DNA of 64,000 bases. Source: an uncultured virus (IMG/VR IMGVR_UViG_3300025769_000089) (Duplodnaviria > Heunggongvirae > Uroviricota > Caudoviricetes). The notes under the pieces were generated by a model that saw nothing but the letters and a program-made list of their open reading frames with translations, had not been told where the DNA came from and ran no database searches. A program made the translations under genes and the position numbers. Numbering within the stretch: position 1 is the stretch's first letter; the number at the start of each line of letters is the position of its first letter. Where the stretch lies: IMG/VR virus record IMGVR_UViG_3300025769_000089, one strand, 5' to 3'. Positions 58,631 through 64,000 of the stretch are shown here, piece after piece.

Positions 58631-59091
58631 TACTGTCCCCCTGCGGGATATTGTGCATAATGGTCTTGCATAGTGTAATCATTTTGAGGGTCTAGTGCGT
58701 TGTAATAACTGGCCTGTTCTATTTGTTCCTGCAATGTTGGAGGAGGTAAACCTTGCTGTTCACGAGTGAACCTACTAGGTTCACCTCTAAAGTTCCTTCG
58801 AAGAGGGGAATAGAATTGAGCGCCCGGTTGATACTTGAAACCGCCCCCTGCTCCATATATGCCCATTTCACGCAATATATCATTTACAGCATTGCGTTCA
58901 GCAAGTGTAGAAATCGTATCCCCTGCATCTAAGGCTCTATCATAACCTGTGGCAAGTCCTGCAAATGAACCGTCACCTTCCCTTAAATACGGGCGAGTTC
59001 TTTTAGCCTCTCTAACAAATTTAGCGGGACTTTGCCTCTGAAAGTCTTGTATTGATTTCAACAAATCCCACGCTGCATCAAAAGCCTTCAT
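58630..59091 (-). CDS. AWxxLK-leader protein of unknown function
   Basis: MKAFDAAWDLLKS leader; Q/P-rich C-terminus. Confidence 0.7.
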   Translation of the reverse strand: MKAFDAAWDLLKSIQDFQRQSPAKFVREAKRTRPYLREGDGSFAGLATGYDRALDAGDTISTLAERNAVNDILREMGIYGAGGGFKYQPGAQFYSPLRRNFRGEPSRFTREQQGLPPPTLQEQIEQASYYNALDPQNDYTMQDHYAQYPAGGQ

Positions 59092-59135
59092 CTGCTCTCC
59101 CCCTAACTAAGCCATGACACGATACATGATTAAAT

Positions 59136-59420
59136 CTACTGCTCTTTCACTCCTAAATTGAAGTCCACCTGCTTACCACAAGTCCTGCATTTGTCGACCC
59201 AACAGAAGTAAAGCATACCGCAATGTTTGCATCGTGTGCCGCTACCAATGTTCAGGACATCGCCAGCATTCTTGTTACGGTTACGCTGCTTCATAGTAAA
59301 CCCAGCAAGTGGGTTGTCTTCGTTAGTTCTAACAGAAGCACCGTAAGACTCGTCTAGCCTGATGCCACGCTTCTGCAAGCGTTTTATGTCATCAAGACCA
59401 AGGTTACCAAAAGATTCCAC
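59136..59420 (-). CDS. Zinc-ribbon protein
   Basis: CKHCG...CRTCG; GAGGTGG RBS. Confidence 0.7.
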   Translation of the reverse strand: MESFGNLGLDDIKRLQKRGIRLDESYGASVRTNEDNPLAGFTMKQRNRNKNAGDVLNIGSGTRCKHCGMLYFCWVDKCRTCGKQVDFNLGVKEQ

Positions 59421-59429
59421 TCAACCACC

Positions 59430-59603
59430 TCAAACTGTGGTCAAGAATATGTAGATGTTACCAAGTATTACATGCGGGTCTACTGCTACAGGAGTATTGG
59501 TACTCATTGCATTTACAATATCAGTTTGTATAGCGGTTCTCTTAGTAGAGTCGTTAAAGTCTGCTTGTGCAAACGGACCAAGTATTATACATGTCTTAGT
59601 CAA
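59430..59603 (-). CDS. 57-aa hypothetical protein
   Basis: Hand-translated from a TTG start after AGGTGA: MTKTCIILGPF...IFLTTV*. Confidence 0.55.
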   Translation of the reverse strand: MTKTCIILGPFAQADFNDSTKRTAIQTDIVNAMSTNTPVAVDPHVILGNIYIFLTTV

Positions 59604-59627
59604 TTAAATCACCTTCTGCTAGGTGAA

Positions 59628-60161
59628 TCAAGCCCTGCTACCAAGAATCCAAAATCTACCTTTATAATCTGCATCAGCCTGAGTTGAAACTGCATTACCA
59701 TGAGTAAATTGTACTCTTTTAGCAACTGTATCAATACCTACATGGAAATCTCCGTTTTCAAGAGTTACTGCACCTTGTTGTGGGCCGAATTTACCTAGTA
59801 TATCTCTATCTGCAACGGCTGTTACCAAACCCGGTGATTCTAGCAAAATGGAAGTAGCACTGGCTACTCTTGTGATTGTAGCCACTCTTGCACCATTAAC
59901 ATAAATATCTTCTCCTTTACTGAAGTATAATCTAGCATCAACACTACCGACAGTAATACTGTTACTTCCTGCCGCATGCCCTCCGGGGTTGTCTATTGCT
60001 ATGCCTGTACTGAAAGTAGTATCTTCCAAATGACCGCTTGCGGCAAAAACCTGCCCTAGTAGTCCGTCGTAAGATACACTACCACCGTCGGTATCAAATG
60101 TTCCTGTTATCATGAGCATATCGCCCATTACATGCGTTCTTGTATCAATTGTTGCTGTCAT
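59628..60161 (-). CDS. Putative head decoration/minor virion protein with inserted beta module
   Basis: 177 aa, downstream of MCP. Confidence 0.55.
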   Translation of the reverse strand: MTATIDTRTHVMGDMLMITGTFDTDGGSVSYDGLLGQVFAASGHLEDTTFSTGIAIDNPGGHAAGSNSITVGSVDARLYFSKGEDIYVNGARVATITRVASATSILLESPGLVTAVADRDILGKFGPQQGAVTLENGDFHVGIDTVAKRVQFTHGNAVSTQADADYKGRFWILGSRA

Positions 60162-60592
60162 TATTCTTCAACTCCGTCTGTCTTTACGATAGTGTTCTCT
60201 TTTATAGTCTCTTCTACCACTTCTTCTGCTACAGGTTCAGGAGCGACCTCCTCAACCACTGGCTCTGGTGCCGGTGGATTGAGGGTGGTCTTTACCTTAT
60301 CCAAGAGTTTTGCTTTAGTAGCATACCCTGTTACGGTTACTCCTTTCTCCTTTAGCCATCCTGTAATATCCTTCTTAGTCCAGCCTTCGTCAGGTAATCC
60401 GTCGTTTCCTTCGTCTACTGTGACACCTTCGTCGCCTTCTATGAGTAGATTCCTAGGACCCTTTTGTCTTGCCCAGTGTCTGTATTTGTTCAGCCACTCT
60501 TGGGAAACTTCTCTAACTTCGCCACGATGCATTTCTGTATCGTCTCGTAATTTGAGATAAGGGTTAGAACCTATGTAGGTTATCTTGGGCAA
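60161..60592 (-). CDS. Hypothetical protein with HeH/LEM-like motif
   Basis: WTKKDITGWLKEKGV...TKAKLL; acidic P/E-rich tail. Confidence 0.6.
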   Translation of the reverse strand: MPKITYIGSNPYLKLRDDTEMHRGEVREVSQEWLNKYRHWARQKGPRNLLIEGDEGVTVDEGNDGLPDEGWTKKDITGWLKEKGVTVTGYATKAKLLDKVKTTLNPPAPEPVVEEVAPEPVAEEVVEETIKENTIVKTDGVEE

Positions 60593-60603
60593 GTTTCCTC
60601 ACC

Positions 60604-61017
60604 TCAAGAACAGATTACCCACAAATTCATAGGAACTACTGGTGTACCACCTGCGGTAAATGTTAACGAATCGTCAGCGTTTGTCTCTGTGCTAATTACT
60701 GCACCGACACCTGCTAATCCTCCGTTAGAACCACATATTACTGCGTGTATCTTACTTGCTCCGCCGCCAATAGTTGCGACATCACCTGTTGCCATTACTG
60801 TAGTTACTTGGAAACATGCTAGTTTAAGTCCCGGTGCCGCTTTTCCATCTGTGTTAGATGCGTTAAAGCCTGTTAGTGAACCCGGATAAGAACCACCTGA
60901 GTTTCCATCTAGCCAGTTTGTATCACTACCTAGTGTTCCTGCATATAAGTCCAACTCAAATAAGTTTTGGTATACGCCTGCGTCTCCTGATTTTTTTGTT
61001 AATGTTATTGCTGCCAT
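60604..61017 (-). CDS. Putative capsid decoration protein
   Basis: 137 aa, G/A/T-rich, directly after MCP. Confidence 0.5.
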   Translation of the reverse strand: MAAITLTKKSGDAGVYQNLFELDLYAGTLGSDTNWLDGNSGGSYPGSLTGFNASNTDGKAAPGLKLACFQVTTVMATGDVATIGGGASKIHAVICGSNGGLAGVGAVISTETNADDSLTFTAGGTPVVPMNLWVICS

Positions 61018-61056
61018 ATTTAATCATCTCCTAATATTTTATTCTCCATGTTATCC

Positions 61057-62226
61057 TCATTGTAGGTCACGGATAGAACCTTGACCTCCGAAGAAAGTTG
61101 TCCATATCTCACCCATGGTTCGGTAAAGACCTTCCTGACCCAATCTGTTGATTGCGAATGGGTCACCAGTCTCGATACCGGACTCAAAGTATTGTGTAGG
61201 CTTAGCAGTACTGTAGTATAGGTAGTCAGTATCTAGCATGTAAACTCTGCTAATTCCGTCTGCTTCGACATCCTTGGATGGAATGATAGGTACACCATTG
61301 TAAGTTGCTACAATGAAACCTGCTTCCATACCCGGTACACCTTTAACACCGTTGTAAGTTGGGACTACTCTCTTTTCTTCCATGAATCTTTGTTGGCTTT
61401 GTAGTAGTTGTTGAAGTCTCATCAAAGTATCATATCCAGTTAGCATAACCTTTGGATTTCCACCTCTCTGCCAAATCTTTCTGAATAGTTCATCAAAGTG
61501 GTCGAGAGATAGAGTTCTGTTGGTAGGGGTACCACCAACACCGTTAACTGACATCTCAGCGTTAGCCCATGATGCGTTAGCCTCACGGTCTATTGAATAG
61601 ATATCTAAGTCAGTTGCGTCGCTGAGGTGACCTGTTCCGTCTGCAATTGCACTTGTGCTGGTAGTTAGAGAGGCAGCGTGACCAGCGGTGACACGGTCAA
61701 GTGACTCGATATCATTACCTGCTGGGTTGTCAGCGTCTCTAAGTAGCATCTTGTTAATCATCTCTGCGTGGTGCTTACCCATTTCTTCTTTCAATACTGA
61801 GCGAATGTCACCTAGACCGTCATCCTTGTCGTTAAGGAAGATTGCTACTTCAGACATGTCGAATGAGTGAGCAACGGTTTTTGGCTTTGCTGCAACATTT
61901 TGGAAAGTTGGCTTTTGAGTTTCAGGTAGAGTACCGTTCTCTGCAATTCCACCGCCAACGGTAGCAGAAGGCTTAGCGGTTACTACACGCCATCCACTTC
62001 TGTCCCATGGCTTCTTAGGTAGGATAGAGAAAGCGTTGAACTCTTGGTTCAACTGACTCCATACTTTTCTACCGTAGATTGCTTGGTATGTTCCTGCTGT
62101 TGTGCTCAATAGAGGAGCATCTGCTTTCAATAGTTCTGAACCTGTGTAGGAATATCCCATGCTTTGTCCAGCACCATAGTAGTAGCGCTCCATATCATTT
62201 ACTGTTCTCATATAATTTCTTGCCAT
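61057..62226 (-). CDS. Major capsid protein (HK97-like fold)
   Basis: 389 aa after protease/scaffold; GGIAENG, YNGVPII patterns; GGAGGA RBS. Confidence 0.85.
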   Translation of the reverse strand: MARNYMRTVNDMERYYYGAGQSMGYSYTGSELLKADAPLLSTTAGTYQAIYGRKVWSQLNQEFNAFSILPKKPWDRSGWRVVTAKPSATVGGGIAENGTLPETQKPTFQNVAAKPKTVAHSFDMSEVAIFLNDKDDGLGDIRSVLKEEMGKHHAEMINKMLLRDADNPAGNDIESLDRVTAGHAASLTTSTSAIADGTGHLSDATDLDIYSIDREANASWANAEMSVNGVGGTPTNRTLSLDHFDELFRKIWQRGGNPKVMLTGYDTLMRLQQLLQSQQRFMEEKRVVPTYNGVKGVPGMEAGFIVATYNGVPIIPSKDVEADGISRVYMLDTDYLYYSTAKPTQYFESGIETGDPFAINRLGQEGLYRTMGEIWTTFFGGQGSIRDLQ

Positions 62227-62238
62227 TCATATTCCTCC

Positions 62239-63636
62239 TTAGTTGGTAAATACACTCCCTGCGAGTCGGTGAACTTCGTCCCAACTCATGCTTCCAAGTG
62301 CCTCAGTAGATGGGATTTCTACATTAGCCATATCACTGCTCTTACGAATTGTTGATTCTGGGGCAGCGCTTGAAATGTTATCGATTCTGTTGCTCAAGTC
62401 AGACAGAGCCTTTTCGATGTTAGCAAGAGGTGTTCTTGCGTCAAAGGAAGCGGCTTCTCTTGCTTGTGCTTCATGAGTAAGTTCTTTGTTTAGTCTGTCA
62501 GCGAATACGCCGCTTAGGTTGTGCTTGAATTGTTCTTCAAGAGCCGCTGCTTTGTAAACTTCGTAGGCTGCTTCTACATCAGTAGGAGAAACTGCACTTG
62601 GGTGCAAGTATCCTTTTGCTACTGTTCCACCGCCACCGGAGTTAATTTTACCGACTGCGTTAGTAGAAGGAGAGCCACCTTCTTGGGCTCGACCCTTTAC
62701 TTGTCCAGCGAAGTAATCAGCACCGTCACCAATTTGTTCTGGTGTGCTACCTAGATTAGCCTTAGAGATTCCGTCAAAGTGGTTTCTTGCACCGCTAATG
62801 TCGACACCTTGTGATTTCAAGGTGTTTTCCATCCAGTTTAGGTATTCACTAGAAATAACATCGGAGTATTCTCCTTTTGCCATTCCGTCATGTTCGCCTT
62901 TGTCAGCGCCGTACATTTTTTCGTCTTTATCTTTATCAGCCATTTCTTTCGCCTCGTCTTTTTCGTCTTTATCGTCTTTCTTGTCTTCCATGTGTTCTCT
63001 AAGACCTGCTGGCATTTCACCCTTCTCCATTGCGTCTAGGCGGCCATTCAGTCTGTCCAACACACTTGACAATTCTGTCATTGCATCTGTTTCTGTCATA
63101 TCAATATCCTCCTTCAATATACGGAATGTCGCCTCCGGGTTAATACCTTTTTCACAAATGGTGACCTCATGTAGTTCCAGTTTGGAGATTTCTGTATAGT
63201 CACCATGTTGTTGGTCACTCTTTCGCATTCTCTTGAATGCTTGTCCTCCAATACTGAAACCTCTAAGGGCTCCTTTGCGAATCTCTTTGGCAACTTCTCT
63301 TGCCTTTTCTATGTCGTCTCGTAGTTTAATGACTACGAACATACCAGCGTCGTCGACACCGGATTTCCAAACTCTGCCATCAGAGTCAGTGTAAGATGGA
63401 ATAACACTTCCAACTTGTATGTTTGAGTGAGCAAGTTGTACATTTCGGTAACCATCTGCTTTCATGAAGTCGCCAAAAGCATTTTTCAAAGCGCCTCTGG
63501 TAATCAAATCTCCTTGCTTGTCTACCATCTCAACAGATGCGTATCCAGCGATTACCAAGTCATTATCAGCCTTGATTAAATTGATGCTACCATTGTGAGT
63601 AACCGGAGAGGTTCTCAGCATCGAACTGGCTGTCAT
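62239..63636 (-). CDS. Prohead protease fused to scaffold-like domain
   Basis: IAGYAS..VDKQGD, LAH, GFSIGG, EVTIC..GINP; charged helical C-terminal half; ORF track start 63654, ATG at 63636. Confidence 0.88.
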   Translation of the reverse strand: MTASSMLRTSPVTHNGSINLIKADNDLVIAGYASVEMVDKQGDLITRGALKNAFGDFMKADGYRNVQLAHSNIQVGSVIPSYTDSDGRVWKSGVDDAGMFVVIKLRDDIEKAREVAKEIRKGALRGFSIGGQAFKRMRKSDQQHGDYTEISKLELHEVTICEKGINPEATFRILKEDIDMTETDAMTELSSVLDRLNGRLDAMEKGEMPAGLREHMEDKKDDKDEKDEAKEMADKDKDEKMYGADKGEHDGMAKGEYSDVISSEYLNWMENTLKSQGVDISGARNHFDGISKANLGSTPEQIGDGADYFAGQVKGRAQEGGSPSTNAVGKINSGGGGTVAKGYLHPSAVSPTDVEAAYEVYKAAALEEQFKHNLSGVFADRLNKELTHEAQAREAASFDARTPLANIEKALSDLSNRIDNISSAAPESTIRKSSDMANVEIPSTEALGSMSWDEVHRLAGSVFTN

Positions 63637-63659
63637 CGTTTCTATAGACGACACTCATA

Positions 63660-63670
63660 CTATTTAACTA
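63660..63670 (-). promoter_or_regulatory. Putative late TATA box (TAGTTAAATAG)
   Basis: TTAAATA about 31 nt before ATG 63636. Confidence 0.45.
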
Positions 63671-64000
63671 AGTACGGAAAACAGCAGAGTCATCTGTTAT
63701 TTCCAAAACACCTTCATCTGTAGGCACAGTCATGTGTTTAGGCTTGTCTTTTGATTCAGTTTCTTCATCTATAGAAGAGTCTTCTTCCATATCTCTAACA
63801 TCATAATCAGGCATTGTCTTCTTGTCATGTAAATTAGTAGGCCCCATAGGTGATTCTATAGGGGTAGCGTAGTCAATACCTAATCCCTTAGTACCACTAC
63901 TTGATTGACCTACGGCACCTGCTCCGCTTTTAAGCAACTTCTCTACTAACTGTAAACCCTTGACAAGTACCTTTTCCTTTTCTTGTTTAGCCCACCATTC
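63668..64000 (-). CDS. C-terminal part of a head-module gene (truncated by window edge)
   Basis: Frame is open to 64000 (EWWAKQEK...LVKG...LLKSG...). Confidence 0.65.
   Translation of the reverse strand, partial: EWWAKQEKEKVLVKGLQLVEKLLKSGAGAVGQSSSGTKGLGIDYATPIESPMGPTNLHDKKTMPDYDVRDMEEDSSIDEETESKDKPKHMTVPTDEGVLEITDDSAVFRT

Overview
This window is a fragment of a tailed archaeal virus genome. Its gene content matches 'magroviruses' of Marine Group II Poseidoniales: archaeal-type PolB, RFC, a PCNA-like clamp, an AEP primase, an ERCC4 nuclease, a group II chaperonin and an HK97-type head module. The host assignment is inferred from gene content only. Positions 1-28046 (+ strand) hold small early accessory genes followed by a replication and repair block. 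Positions 28047-64000 (- strand) hold the virion block: prohead protease/scaffold, major capsid protein, adaptor, tail tube, chaperones, paralogous tail proteins and a 5258-aa giant protein. I saw no tRNA, rRNA or CRISPR array. Strongest candidate for a new system: four unrelated late-strand genes (one kinase-like, two ADP-ribosyltransferase-like, one unknown) share only a 12-13 aa N-terminal leader, M-x(2-3)-[FM]-[DE]-x-A-W-x-x-L-K. The leader ends in the same hydrophobic-x-K-small motif that recurs in the capsid and scaffold proteins, which suggests capsid-targeted, protease-matured injected effectors. Second candidate: single-gene cassettes bracketed by direct repeats that span the RBS, stop and start. 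Also notable are a catalytically dead DNA-ligase homologue, non-canonical PolB motifs, a very short tape-measure-like gene, a module shared by four virion proteins, and apparent avoidance of CCWGG, GATC and AGCT. All product calls come from motifs read by eye, with no database search.
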